A stretch of DNA of 64,000 nt from Octopus vulgaris (GCA_951406725.2 OX597826.1:79608001-79672000); one strand, 5' to 3'; counted from the first letter of the stretch, positions 39,612 through 52,218 are shown. Notes: generated by a model not told the origin, from the sequence alone. A program made the numbers and translations.

Positions 39612-40460
39612 TATTCTGTACCAACACGCCGAACAAGAACACGGGGGATCAATCAATAACATAGAGATTAAGATATTGTCCACACATAGAACAGATGCAA
39701 CAATTAGACAAATTACAGAAGCTACACATATAATAGAAAATAAACCTAGCCTGAATAGAAAACTAGAATGGAGCAATAGCGCACACCACAACATATGACA
39801 ATAGTGGATCCTGCAAACATAATAAATACACAGGTAATTAAAGAAATAGAAATGAATATCTATATATATGTATATGTGTATATATATGTATATGTATATG
39901 TGTATATATGTGTGTATATATGTATATATATATATATGTATATGTATGTATATATATATATGTATATGTATATTCTTTTTTTTTTTTTTTCCGATTATAT
40001 TTATTATTATTATTAATAATATTGTTGTTATACATACATACAAGCATATGTAATGATAATAATGGGTGGATGTAAACACATGAACAAAATTAGAACAAAA
40101 GCAACAACAACAAAAACAAAATACAAATTACAAGAATGTATATAACCAGAAGATACAAATATTACAGGCATCCCCCCCACACACACACTAAATAAACATA
40201 GACGCACATAGAGATATAAGCATGCGCAAATGAAGACATACAATAGAAATACAAAATGGCTGACGGTTAGTAAGGAGAGACACAAGTAAGTGAGAAGAAA
40301 ACAAAGGACCACTGATGCGGTCACAGGAGTGTGACGAAAGAACTTTGGCCGAAATAAGATTAAGATTAATGTAAAAAATAAATATCACTGAAGCAAAATA
40401 ACACCAAATATATAGTGCGTGTGTTTTTATTGGCTAAACTGGCAATATGACCATTCCGAA
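39612..40460 (+). mobile_element. 5'-truncated Penelope-like element: GIY-YIG C-terminus, 3' UTR and hammerhead
   Basis: LYQHAEQEHGGSINNIEIKILSTHRTDATIRQITEATHIIENKPSLNRKLEW (H..I.IL..R.I.EA..I....P.LN pattern), with a hammerhead on the same strand at 40306. Confidence 0.8.
40306..40350 (+). ncRNA. Minimal hammerhead variant in the PLE 3' region
   Basis: ggacca CTGATGC G gtcac aggagt gtgac GAAA GAAC T T tggcc. Confidence 0.6.
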
Positions 40461-40889
40461 ATATAACAATATATATATATATATATATCTATAAAGCATG
40501 TATATATATATATATATATATATAAATGGGTTATATGCACTATATAATACAAAAAATCTATCTATCTATCTATCTATCTATCCGTATGTACATACACATG
40601 CACAAACACACACACATGTATGCACGCACACATGTACGCACGCACACACAAATATATAAGACAACCAATCGGTCTCTCTATTTTCTTTTGTCTTCTATGG
40701 CAGGTCAGAAATACCAGAAGCAATCAATGCAACTATTCAACATATATTTACTTACGAGACTGCAACCATTCATATATATATATATATAAATATATGTGTG
40801 TGTGTGTGTGTGCGTATTATATGTATATTTGTATTATATGTATCTATGTATTGTATGCATATATGTATGTATGTGCATATATATATGTA

Positions 40890-40936
<47 letters not shown>

Positions 40937-41316
40937 CATTATATAATTGAAGAAATGGAGCTGAACGCAGATTGAACAGAAATCGTTTTATTTCATTCTA
41001 CACGTGTTTCGAAAGGCACAAATTACCAAAATCCGATGGAATAATGGGACCATATTGTGTCTTTCTCTTCAGGAAGAAAATAGGAAATCCGTTGGAAAAA
41101 CAAAAACAGAACAGAGGCAGAGCAAAAACAAATCGAACTATGCTCCTAAGAGCCCATGGCGATATATTTATCAGTGTATGTTGAGAACCGGTGGCTGAAG
41201 AATTCAACGGGTATATCGGTCAATCATATGGGTGAGGGTGTTTTACTGCTGTGATATTTGCTACTAAGGTATCGGTTAAACTTTTGATTAATCTACTACA
41301 AGATTATTCATCTTTC

Positions 41317-41440
<124 letters not shown>

Positions 41441-42160
41441 GTATTTATATATAAATATATATTATACCTGTCGATATTCTAATATAATAATGTTACTACT
41501 CATACTACTCTCATAGTAATATTCCACCACCCTCATACTCTCATTCTCTCTATCTCCATCAATTCTATCCCCCCCTCATTCAATTTTTCTGCGTTTTTGT
41601 TGTTGCTTTGATTGTCGTCTTTTCACATTTTATCTGCACTTTCTTTCTATTCCGGTCTGGCAACATATAAATCGAATTTATAAATAGACTTACACAAGAT
41701 TAAAATATAGTTTATTTTGACCGTGTGACTAGTAACCACAAAAGCAACATTTTTTCATTAAAAACAGAATGAATTAAACGTATATTTTTTTCTCTCTAAA
41801 ACTGATATTATCTAAATAGACATTGATTGCCGGGTAAAAACGAAATAACCCTACATTTGATTACCGAAATCATTTCTCGGAGACAGTCTTCAGATTTCAG
41901 TCATCGCCACAAACACCGAGCAAGTGCAGATTGTTACTATGACAACGAGCAATAATTTACACGAACGTTAAAACCCGAAAACCAACATCATTACGGTCAT
42001 GGTGCGCGTCACCTCTCATACTACAACGACCAGTGGGCCCACCCGCGCCAACGATGGGAATTTCCTGCAACCACCTAACCTGCGAGAAATAGCAGACACA
42101 TGGCCCTCGCATCGTAGTTTACCATCTTAAGAAGAATAGAAAAGAATATATGTTTAAGGC

Positions 42161-42597
42161 AAGGCGGCGACCTGGCAGAATCGTTAGCACGCCGGGCGAA
42201 ATACTTAGCAGTATTTCGTCGGTCTTTACGTTCTGAGTTCAAATTCCGCCGAGATCGACTTTGCCTTTCATCCTTTCGGGGTCGATTAAATAAGTACCAG
42301 TTACGCACTGGGGTCGATATAATCGACTTAATCCATTTGTCTGTCGTTGTTTGTCCCCTCTGTGTATAGCCCCTTGTGGGCAATAAAGAAATAAGAAACG
42401 TTAGCACGCCGGGCGAAATACTTAGCAGTATTTCGTCGGTCTTTACGTTCTGAGTTCAAATTCCGCCGAGGTTGACTTTGCCTTTCATCCTTTCGACGTC
42501 GATAAATTAAGTACCAGTTGCGTACTGGAGTCAATCAATCGATTGCCCCCCCCCTCTCCAAAAATTTCGGGCCTTATGCCTAGAGTAGGAAAGAATA
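42161..42597 (+). mobile_element. SINE F2 dimer (q-tailed copy followed by a 5'-clipped p-tailed copy)
   Basis: aaggcggcgacctggcagaatcgttagcacgccgggcgaaatactt... The internal segment is repeated from 42395. Confidence 0.92.
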
Positions 42598-42751
42598 TAA
42601 GTTAGTCCTGACCACTGTAGCTGTAAAAATATGTCTTGGTAAAATAGTGCAATGCTTTCCACTATAGGTTTGCTAAATAATGGGCAGAACAGGAGCGGAA
42701 GGACTTGGTGGGGTTCTCGAAGCATGGCGTATATTTTTGGGGATCTTTTAT

Positions 42752-43112
42752 CTTTTACTTGTTTCAGCCATTGGACGGCGACCATACTAGGACGCCACCT
42801 TCAAGTGTTTAGTGGAACAAATCGATATCATTACTTACTTTCAAATCTGGTACTACTGGTCTGTTTTGCCAGACCGCTAAGTCACGGAGACGTGAACAAA
42901 CCAAGCGGTTGTCAAGTTGTTTTAGGGGACAAACACGAACACAACGACAAGCCGACAGATATACATATGAATCTACCATGGCCTTCCAAACATTTTCAAT
43001 CAGGCTTGAGGCTATAGTAGAAGATATTTAGCCAAGGTGCCTTGAAATAGGATTGAACTGGAATTCGTGTAGTATTAAAGAGTGCTTCTTAACATCACAG
43101 CCACACCTGCAT
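42752..43112 (-). mobile_element. SINE F1 (older)
   Basis: cttttacttgtttcagccattggac...accgctaagtcacggagacg...ggctatagtagaaga. Confidence 0.85.
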
Positions 43113-43524
43113 ACAGAAGTCAATTCAGGTATCATCGACATTCTAGAAAACACAGCGAAATCTTCCTTAGATCACTTTGTTGTTAATTAAAACATGTTAC
43201 TAATATGCAAACCATTTACTGCATTACTGGATATGAAGTCTTCTCGAGTGAAGCAGTCGAGGTTCAATTCTCAGATGGGTTTTCAATGGACATGTACCAC
43301 AGCCGTATATTCGATAGCTATTGATGTGTGACGCTAGATCAAATCTGATCGAGTAGAACTTCGATCAAAGATGTATGTCTGTAACCCAAGCACAACATTA
43401 CCCAACGCGTGCTTTTTTAAGGGCGACAAAGTGATCTGAGGAACATTAGGGCTTCCTTTTTTCAAGGTCGCCTGACTATGTAGACGTTCTATCGTTGGCT
43501 CGTTAGTATGAAGAGTATCTTTAC

Positions 43525-43715
43525 CTCTTACTTGTCACAGTCATTTGACTGCGGCCATGCTGGGGCACCGCCTTAATGTGTTTTAGTTGAAAGAATCTAA
43601 TCCCAGATTTATTTTCTTAAAGCCTGGTACTTGCATCAATCTCTTTTGCCGAACCACTAGGTTACAGGGACGTAAGTAAACCAACACCAGTCGTCAATCG
43701 GTAGTGATAGACAAA
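43525..43715 (-). mobile_element. SINE F1 tail
   Basis: cagtcatttgactgcggccatgctggggcaccgcc...tttgccgaacc. Confidence 0.85.
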
Positions 43716-43767
43716 CACACACACACACATATATACATAAACACACACACACGCACACACACATATA

Positions 43768-44324
43768 TGAGTGTTAGTCAAAAAGTAATGCCATTTTATT
43801 TAGGACAGGTATAATTACCAACACAGGAACACGTATCATACATCAAAATGAATCTGGTCTTCTGTGGATCACATCTCTACTTCTCCACATAGTCGCAGTT
43901 TCTCTCAATAGCAATGTTCCACCTTCAAATGGGAGCATGTATCCCTGTCCCGTAAAATTCTGTTGACTGTTCATTGAGTCACTTCTTCACTACCTCCACA
44001 CTCACCAGATTTAGCGCCTTCAGACTATCAACTCTTCGGCGCTACAAAAGAGGGTTTGAGAAGCAAACATTATTTCAGTGACGAGGAAGTGGAAACTGTA
44101 GTGAAGTAGTGGCTCAAAGAACAGTCAACAGAATTTTACAGGACAGGGATACATGCTCTCATTCGAAGGTGGGACATTGGCTATTGAGAGAAACGGTGAC
44201 TATGTTGAGAAGTAGGGATGTGATCCACAGAGGACCAGCTTCAATTTGATGTATGATACATATTCCTGTGTTCGTAATTATACCTGTCCTAAACAAAATG
44301 GCATTACTTTTTGACTCACCCTCG
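43768..44324. mobile_element. mariner-derived foldback MITE with ~226-bp inverted arms made of two 3' ends
   Basis: 43768-43993 is the approximate reverse complement of 44098-44324, with TA on both sides. The centre and right arm encode PHSPDLAPSDYQLFGATKEGLRSKHYFSDEEVETVVK*WLKEQSTEFY..ERNGDYVEK*. Confidence 0.92.
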
Positions 44325-44616
44325 TATGCAATATGGTGACGCTGCGAGATAGAATCACTCGAACACTTGTTGGAGGGAACGTATCACAGGATTGATCTTT
44401 TTGCGGCAGACGTCGTGTCGCCACGCAGGTATAGTGGGAACTTACCACCTGATCTATTGCCAACAACACTGAAGCTATTATATCTACTATTTCAGTAACA
44501 CTATTATAGTTTCTACATCTAGCATAGTTACTGTCTTCTAATATGGCGAATTATTCATAAACAAAAAATGTCGTGTTACACTCTGAATTCCCACAAATCA
44601 AATTTATCTTTTTTCT

Positions 44617-44754
<138 letters not shown>

Positions 44755-46089
44755 AGAATCGTGTGACTCTGGACATTTGTTCCTCCACTTTCTTTTCACA
44801 AATCAATTCTCAAGAGAAACTCAATTTATTGCGTCGACGAAATGTCTAACTTCAAATCAAAGTGTCGGCTGCCTTGTCTTCAATCTTGACACTGAACAGA
44901 GCCAGTTCCTACGACTCTTGATACCAACTCGGACACCCAACCCCATGAATCGAACCGAAAATGTCGATCATATTTTGGGTTCAATTCACTGCTGAAACTT
45001 GTTAGAGCATTACAATTCAAGTCTTTATGGGTCAAAAGACGGGTGACAGGTAACTACTCAAGTGTGTTTTCTTCAAAGGATAATACATCAGTGATATTAC
45101 CAGAAGAATCATAAACCCTTCGGGGAAAAGAAATACTTCACTTGTCCATGTAACAGTCTTAAAGGTAATAAAAAGTGTTTGAAACGGAGTTATGATGTCA
45201 GAGTAGAAGGAATTGATCTATTTTACTGTTCTCGTCTGGCAACTTTATACAATTTTCAATTTCACCATAATCTTTTTTTCTATTTGAGAAAAGGAATTAT
45301 TTAACATTGTAACTGAGAATGAGAATAGAATACTTTAATTTGTACTCTAGTTTAAAGAAAGAAATGAGATATTTTAGTCAAAATAATTAGATATTCCCAG
45401 ACGAAGATTTTCCCATTATAGCCAAGTTGACCTTGAAATGCTACAAAAATTCCATTTTAAGTAAGACATTATCTTTAATATAAATGTTAGTTTAAAGTAA
45501 AATTGGGAGCGTTCGGTCAGCTACGAAGGAAACAATTTTATAATTGCGAAATAAAGTGAATGTCGACGCTTAAAGATTGCTAAATACATTTGTTGCTTGA
45601 GAAAAGAGTGGAACAGTGCTTTAATGACATTACGAACAGCGCCAACGATTCGGCTGTTCGAACACTGGTCCACGAATCTCATTTTGAATCAGTATTGGTT
45701 TTCAATAACTTGGTCAGAGGAGGAAGGTCAACACTTATCTAGGGACTTCCTGAAGGCGGGAGAAATGTAGGATGTTGCCCCCAGACAAACGTCACGGGCC
45801 AAACGTTTAAAAAAGAGCTGGCGTCGATAAAGACACTAAATGTCCAGGTCGCAGTGTTACACATGGAATCAGAATAAGTCTATCACCAAAGAAAAGGGAT
45901 GGAATATCTGATGATCTTCCATACGCAAAGGCTCTATTCGACCCAAGGCTATGGTTGAAGCCACCCATGTTGCCGCGGAATAGGATCGAACTCAAACCAT
46001 ACAGTTTCGATGCAAACATCTGAGTCCCACAGCCGTAAAAGATATACTGTATACCGTGTCGTCCGGCATACAAGTCAAGATTTTCACAC

Positions 46090-46205
46090 CAAAATTTTAC
46101 GCGTGTTACTTATTCTGCCGGTCTGTTTTGCCGTGTCGCTACGATACAGGGACATAAACACAGCAACACCGGTTGTCAAGCAGTACTGGGGGACAAACAC
46201 AGGCA

Positions 46206-46253
<48 letters not shown>

Positions 46254-46417
46254 AAACACACGACGGGCTTCTTTCAGTTTCCGTCTACCAAATCCACTCA
46301 CAATATTTAGTTTAGCCTCGAGCTATAGTAGAAATCACTTGGCCAAAGTGCCACACAGTGGGACTGAACCCGAAACCATGTGGTTGGGAGCAAGCTTCTT
46401 ACCACACAGCCACATCA
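46090..46417 (-). mobile_element. SINE F1 with internal (CA)n
   Basis: cgacgggcttctttcagtttccgtctaccaaatccactcac...gggactgaacccgaaaccatgtggttgggagcaagcttcttaccacacagcc. Confidence 0.9.
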
Positions 46418-46459
46418 TAGGGACGTTTTATAGAGTAGAACTTAGGAATTACATTTATT

Positions 46460-46642
46460 TACAGTTCTATATTTAAGAGATGAGGAATTATGCACATTAT
46501 TTACATTATTTACGTTTGACGGATATCTGTCCTCATCTTGTTTGTTGTTAACACAACGTTTCAGCTGATATACCCACCAGCCTTCATCAGGTGTCTTGGG
46601 GAGATTTCGAACCTGGGTTCTCATTCCTAAGGTATTTTTCGA

Positions 46643-46682
<40 letters not shown>
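46460..46682 (-). mobile_element. Hammerhead family A module plus (AAT)n
   Basis: Homologous to 22158-22351. Confidence 0.9.
46550..46595 (-). ncRNA. Minimal type-I hammerhead ribozyme with intact catalytic core
   Basis: gacac CTGATGA A ggctgg tgggtata tcagct GAAA CG T T gtgtt: stem I gacac/gtgtt, stem II ggctgg/tcagct, palindromic AACGTT stem III. Confidence 0.75.
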
Positions 46683-46685
<3 letters not shown>

Positions 46686-47161
46686 TAGTTTTACTTTTAT
46701 AGCGTGCTTTCACTTCACTACCGAGCGCAGCTCTGTGTGCCTTGGGTATGTGTTGTGATGTTCTTATGGTTACTGTATTGAAAGTGTTCTGCGTAGGATG
46801 TGTGCAGTGCCCAGTAGTGCAATTTTCTGTATGTTATATGTGTTTGTAAGTCCTGGTGTTTTTGTTATGTATTTGTCTGAATATTTTTTTATCATGCCTA
46901 ATGCGCCTACTGTGATAGGAATTATTTCTGTTTTCAGATTCCACATTCTAGTTACCTCTATTTCCAGGTCTTTGTATTTTGAAAGTTTCTCCATTTCTTT
47001 TAGAGACACGTTGTCATCTGCCGGTATTGATACATCGATTAGAAAGCATTTTTTTTTCTTCATGATCTCTAACAACTATATCTGGTCTGTTGGCCTTAAT
47101 TTCTCTATCTGTGTGTATTGGCATATCTCAGAGTATGGTTGCTTTATCGTTTTCTGTAACC
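46683..47161 (-). mobile_element. 5'-truncated R4/Dong retrotransposon (REL endonuclease plus 3' UTR) inserted in (AAT)n
   Basis: Across one frameshift: ENDKATIL*DMPIHTDREIKANRPDIVVRDHE / KCFLIDVSIPADDNVSLKEMEKLSKYKDLEIEVTRMW..GALG..KIALLGTAHILRRTLSIQ*. Flanked by (TTA)n and (TTA/TTG)n. Confidence 0.92.
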
Positions 47162-47776
47162 TATTATTATTATTGTTGTTGTTGTTGTTGTTGTTGTTGT
47201 TAATACTAAACTGGACTACTGAAAGTATGTCTCCATTGCGTGAAATACTTTTTCCATTCCATTGATACACTTCTATACAATTTAATTACAATGTCTTCAT
47301 TCTCCGTAAACAACATTCTTCGCTTCACAGTTGTCTGCCGCTCTGGCATTTGCTGTTGTGCATCTTGACCTAACGAGGAATCGAGAAACTGAGAGAAGGA
47401 GCAAGGAAGAGGGAGGAAAGGCGAGAGAGAGAGAGAGAAAGAGGGAGTGAGAATCATTTTGCGAACAGTAAAGTTATGTGTTTAACTTTTCCCTAACATT
47501 TTTATTCTCCTAACAGAGTCAATACCTCGCTAATAGCGAAAGTTCACCTCCTCCTTAATTGGAGGTATGTATGCGCCTGTGTGTGTGTATGTATATATGT
47601 ATGCACGTGTGTGTGCGTGTGTGTGTCGGTGTGTATATAAATATAAGTATGTATGTACGTATATATGCCTATATAAATATTAAATATTTATTCATATGTA
47701 CATAAAAAGCTATATGTATGTATGTACGTATGTCCCCCCTACCTATCTACCTACATATTCCTCCCGCTCTCCCGCC

Positions 47777-47828
<52 letters not shown>

Positions 47829-48107
47829 GTCTGTCTGTCTGTCTGTCTGTCAGTGTGTCTGTCTGTGTATCTATCTATCTATATATCTGTCTGTCTATCA
47901 TTTCTCTCTCTTGATATATATGTCCCAAATATATATTTGTCAACTACTATAGTTGAAGTAGTCATTTTTTTTTGAGATAGGCATAGAAAATGCTGGGTTT
48001 GAACGCGGTATATAATTTGATAAAACATGCCACAGCTGTATACCGGGTGTCTATGGAATAATTTATAACCTTTTTCAATGTGTAGAACAAACCCATTACT
48101 ATAGATA

Positions 48108-48510
48108 TTGGTTTCAAATTTAGACTCAAGGCCAGCTAATTCGGGGGGAAAGGTTAAGTCGATTACATCGGGTCCAGTATATGACGGGTACCTATTTTAT
48201 CGAGCACGAAAGGGTGAAAGGCAAAGTCGACCTCGGCGGAATTTGAACTCAGAATGTTAAGACTGACGAAATACCGATTTCTTTACTACCCACAAGGAGC
48301 TAAACACAGAGAGGAAAAACAAGAACAGACAAACGGATTAATTCGATTATATCGACTCCAGTGTGTAACTAGTACTTAATTTATCGGCCCAGAAAGGATG
48401 AAAGGCAAAGTCGACCTCGGCGGAATTTGAACTCCGAACGTAGCGGCAGACAAAAATACCGCTAAGCATTTCGCCCGACGTGCTAACGACTCTGCCAGCT
48501 CGCCGCCTTA
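48108..48510 (-). mobile_element. SINE F2 dimer (q-tailed copy followed by a 5'-clipped p-tailed copy)
   Basis: Two copies of gaaaggcaaagtcgacctcggcggaatttgaactc. Same architecture as 42161-42597. Confidence 0.92.
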
Positions 48511-48699
48511 AATTTCACAAATATTATGAACATAAATTTTGATTACTGTTCACTAATATTGGCATACAATTTCATATTATTTTAGCGGAGATGAAGTTAG
48601 TTGATTACAGCAAACTTCTGCATTTGAAGCCTTCAGTTCATGGCGTGAAGAATATATGACAGCATATTATCCGGGTCCTGTAGCGATTGTTAAATATAA

Positions 48700-49005
48700 C
48701 TGAAGTCATAAGAATTTATAAACTTTCGAGAGAACGTGAAATAATACTTTTTTGGAACAGTGGATCTCGAATCCAACAAACAGTCATATAAATAATAACA
48801 CGTATGTAAATTTGGGCAGAAAATTCGAAGGTTGCTTTCGACTTTTTAGTCTCTGACTTTTCCATCCAAAGTATTTTTAGCACAATATTTCATATTATTA
48901 CGATATATATCATTTACAGCTTTACTGCTTCGAGATCCATCATTCCAAAAAAGTATCATTTCACTTTCCCTTGATAGTTTATAAAAAAATTTTTCTTATG
49001 ACGTC
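48700..49005. mobile_element. Degenerate AT-rich MITE-like inverted repeat
   Basis: gtcataaga..ttataaact..gtgaaataatactttttggaacagtggatctcgaa versus ttcgagatccatcattccaaaaagtatcatttcac..agtttataa..tcttatgac. Related half-copies at ~49165 and ~51020. Confidence 0.65.
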
Positions 49006-49429
49006 AATTATTATCGCTGGTAAGAATAACTTTTCTAATATGACCAAAGGTATTCTAAAATAACCAAAGGATTGCACAGGTCCAAGGACAAAAGGCCTGC
49101 CAAGTGGATTCGTGTTCCGTGAGCATATTTAACCATTTCTCTATCCAATATTTACAGGCTATGATTTATAGCTTTACTGCTTCGAGATCCACTGTTCGAA
49201 AAAGGGATTTATTAAATATAGTCTTTCCTATTAAAAGATGGAGAAAGATATTGTCGGCACCTGTATTAAGAAATTGGCATTTCTCCTTCTACTAGAAACA
49301 CCTTAATTATGGAATATTATGTGAGGGAAAATTAAAAGTAAATTGATAAATAGTTGAGTTGCGGAAGGGGCAGAATAGATGGTCCCTAATAGCTAAACTT
49401 AACCGGATATTTTTTTTTAAAAAATGTAT

Positions 49430-49437
49430 CGTCGTCG

Positions 49438-49476
<39 letters not shown>

Positions 49477-49509
49477 CCATCATCATCATCATCGTCATCA
49501 TCATCATCG

Positions 49510-49557
<48 letters not shown>

Positions 49558-49640
49558 ACATTTTCATCAACATTATCATCACCACTTCCAGCAGCAGCAG
49601 CAGTACCGACGACAACAACAACAACATCATCATCGTCATA
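49430..49640. repeat. (CAT)n with CAG/CAA trinucleotide extension
   Basis: Direct reading. Confidence 0.97.
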
Positions 49641-50317
49641 AATGATGTTGCATTGTCTTTGAAGACAGTCGTTCTGTGTCGATGTGCAGAATGTGCATTT
49701 AGTTTATAATGTCTGCCGACAGAGAGGAAAGGAAGGAGGAGAGAATGAGAAAACTGATTCAGGATTTTCTCACAGCTGTTGCTCTGTGTCTGGAAGTTTG
49801 CTTTATTATAAAACTGCATCCAGTCTAGTTTTGCTGTATCATATATATTCACTTTCCTACAACAGCGACAACAGATTGCAGGTTTCGAGGTATGGTAAAG
49901 GAATCAAAAGAAATACGACAGCGTTTACTTTCTTCACTTTTTTCTTCACCTACACACACACACACGCACAGACATACACACACACGCGCACGCACATACA
50001 CAACACACAGTTATACATAGAGCACCGTGTACAAATATATAGAATGAAAAGGCCATACAATAAATTACTCCTATAGATACATTTCGTATATCATGATTCC
50101 GTTGTTAAGCACTGAATAAAAATATCTTTACATATCAAGCAGTGAATTGGCAGAGTCGTCGTTAGAGCTGAAAGGAAGTTCTCTGACATATTTATTCCGA
50201 CTGTCAGAGTTCAGTTCTTGCCCTGGTTCACTTTGATTTTTAGTTCTGTTTTCAGTATCGATAAAAAGAAGTACGACTCCATGGGTGCTAGATTGGAAAA
50301 TACTAATATCGGACCAG

Positions 50318-50640
50318 TGAAGGCGCGTGGCTTAGTGGGTAAGGTATTCGACTCACGATCATAGAGTCATGAGTTCGATTCCGGCCACGCGTTGTGTCCT
50401 TGAGCAAGACAATATATTTCACGTTGCTCCAGTCCACTCAGCTGGCAAAAATGAGTTGTACCCGTATTTCAAAGGGCCGGCCTTGTTACATTCTGTGTCA
50501 CACTGAATCTACCCGAGAACTATGTTAAGGGTACGCGTGTCTGTGGATTGCCCAACCGCTTTCACGTTATTTTCACGAACAGGCTGTTCTGTTGATCGGA
50601 TCAACTGGGACCCTCGTCGCCGTAATCGACGGAGCGCCAG
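50318..50640 (+). mobile_element. tRNA-derived SINE, head B plus tail X
   Basis: gaaggcgcgtggcttagtgg..gagttcgattcc..ccttgagcaagac..; the tail tatttcaaagggccggccttgt..gatcggatcaac..ccctcgtcg is shared with 9143-9325. Confidence 0.9.
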
Positions 50641-51847
50641 TTTAATATCAGACCAGGGACCTTGTGATTGTTCCAGCTTTCTACATCCTGTTTCCAGGGT
50701 ACCTGAGTGGTAGACTTATCCAACTTGCAATTGAACACTACAGCCTGAGCATTGGTGCCGTTAGCAGAGTTTTGTTTTTTGTTACGAGCATTCAAGCTCG
50801 GCTTCGGGTTTGAGAATAACTTCCTCCATTCCCTCTGTCATTCTCAGATGCTCTGAAAACAAAACTGGGTCATGAACTCTGCTTTTACCTCCAGGGCAAT
50901 ACAGCAGATCATATACATGCAAACTCGTAAAACACACACATACACACGCACACGCAAAAAACCCTTCGACCTTTCCTATCCAAACAGTTTTTTTTAAATC
51001 CAATATTTACACTCTGTTATTTATAGCCTATCAGCTTCGAGATCCAACTTTACGTAAAAGAATTATTTAAAGTGCTCTCGAAGTTTACTAAATCATAAGA
51101 TGTCAACTGTATCTCATATCGTATTTCTTATATCTCTCTGGGTAATTTCATCCTGATATTTAGCTAAGTGCAGTATTTTACGTGTGCTATCCACACAAAA
51201 CCCTCACGATATTCACGTAGCTCTGAGGCCATAAAATGTCGCACTATAAGCTCAGCCCTAGGTGCAGGCAAACTTACAGTAGAAACAGCTGTAACCTACT
51301 CAAAGCGTCAATGTAACAGCTGTTTCTTTTGTTGTTGTTGATGATTTATTAACTGACACGCACGCACAGACACAAACACACAAACATGTACATACGATCA
51401 CACACTCACAGACATAAATATAAACCGAATACTAGAAAAGTCATTGCTCTGTTTCCAGTTTAAACAGATTGTCTCGGTCGAAAGGAATAGTTCTCTACGC
51501 TGTTGAGGCACAGACCCAGGCGTATGTTCCAAAGGTAGTCCTCTGGCGTCATCACATATAAGGAAACATGCACCCAGAGGTGAGAGACAGCGCGGCATTC
51601 TACAGCGTCAGAATCTACCACCAAGTATACAAATATGGCTGTCAGTGCATGTATGAATACATACAGATACACAACTGAAATACATACACACGCACATATT
51701 ATAGATATCTGAGAGTGCCTATAAACGTAACTGCATGCGCTGAGATATAGAGTTTCCGCTCCAAACTGCAGGGCATAAAAGCTCGGTCGGAATACTCATT
51801 CAGTGTAGCAGTTTCGGTATGAGAAGTTGCCAACTCCTCGATTAAGG

Positions 51848-51887
<40 letters not shown>

Positions 51888-51891
<4 letters not shown>

Positions 51892-52085
51892 CCTCGTTGG
51901 CGATTTTTTTCCTCTATCTTCCCTTCTCTGGATCTTTCCTTCTCCTATGTTTCCGACGAAGAGCTCCGCTCGAAACGTTAGACCCTCCTTCTTTCTTTCT
52001 TTCCTGAGCGTCCTATAATACTATATTTGCTCCACGTCCTCGCGTTGTTGTGTTTATTTTTGTGCTTTCTTGTTTGGATTAAATT

Positions 52086-52086
<1 letters not shown>
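51888..52086 (+). mobile_element. Hammerhead family B element between (TA)n tracts
   Basis: Homologous to 35027-35233. Confidence 0.85.
51949..51983 (+). ncRNA. Minimal hammerhead variant, family B (U4 to C)
   Basis: gttt CCGACGA A gagc tcc gctc GAAA CG T T agac. Confidence 0.55.
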
Positions 52087-52117
<31 letters not shown>

Positions 52118-52169
52118 CATATGTATGTATGTATATATATATATATGTGTATGCATGTATGTATGTATG

Positions 52170-52218
<49 letters not shown>

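Noticed and set aside
49424-49645. Poly-His/poly-Gln ORF
   Set aside because: Pure (CAT)n repeat with no flanking coding context or credible splice sites.
49866-49889. 24-nt microexon (ttcctacaacag|...|gtatgg)
   Set aside because: Such matches are expected by chance in 64 kb and there is no supporting context.
50645-50920. Coding-looking segment on the minus strand
   Set aside because: Stops or frameshifts in all frames and no recognisable motif; probably decayed TE sequence that I cannot classify.
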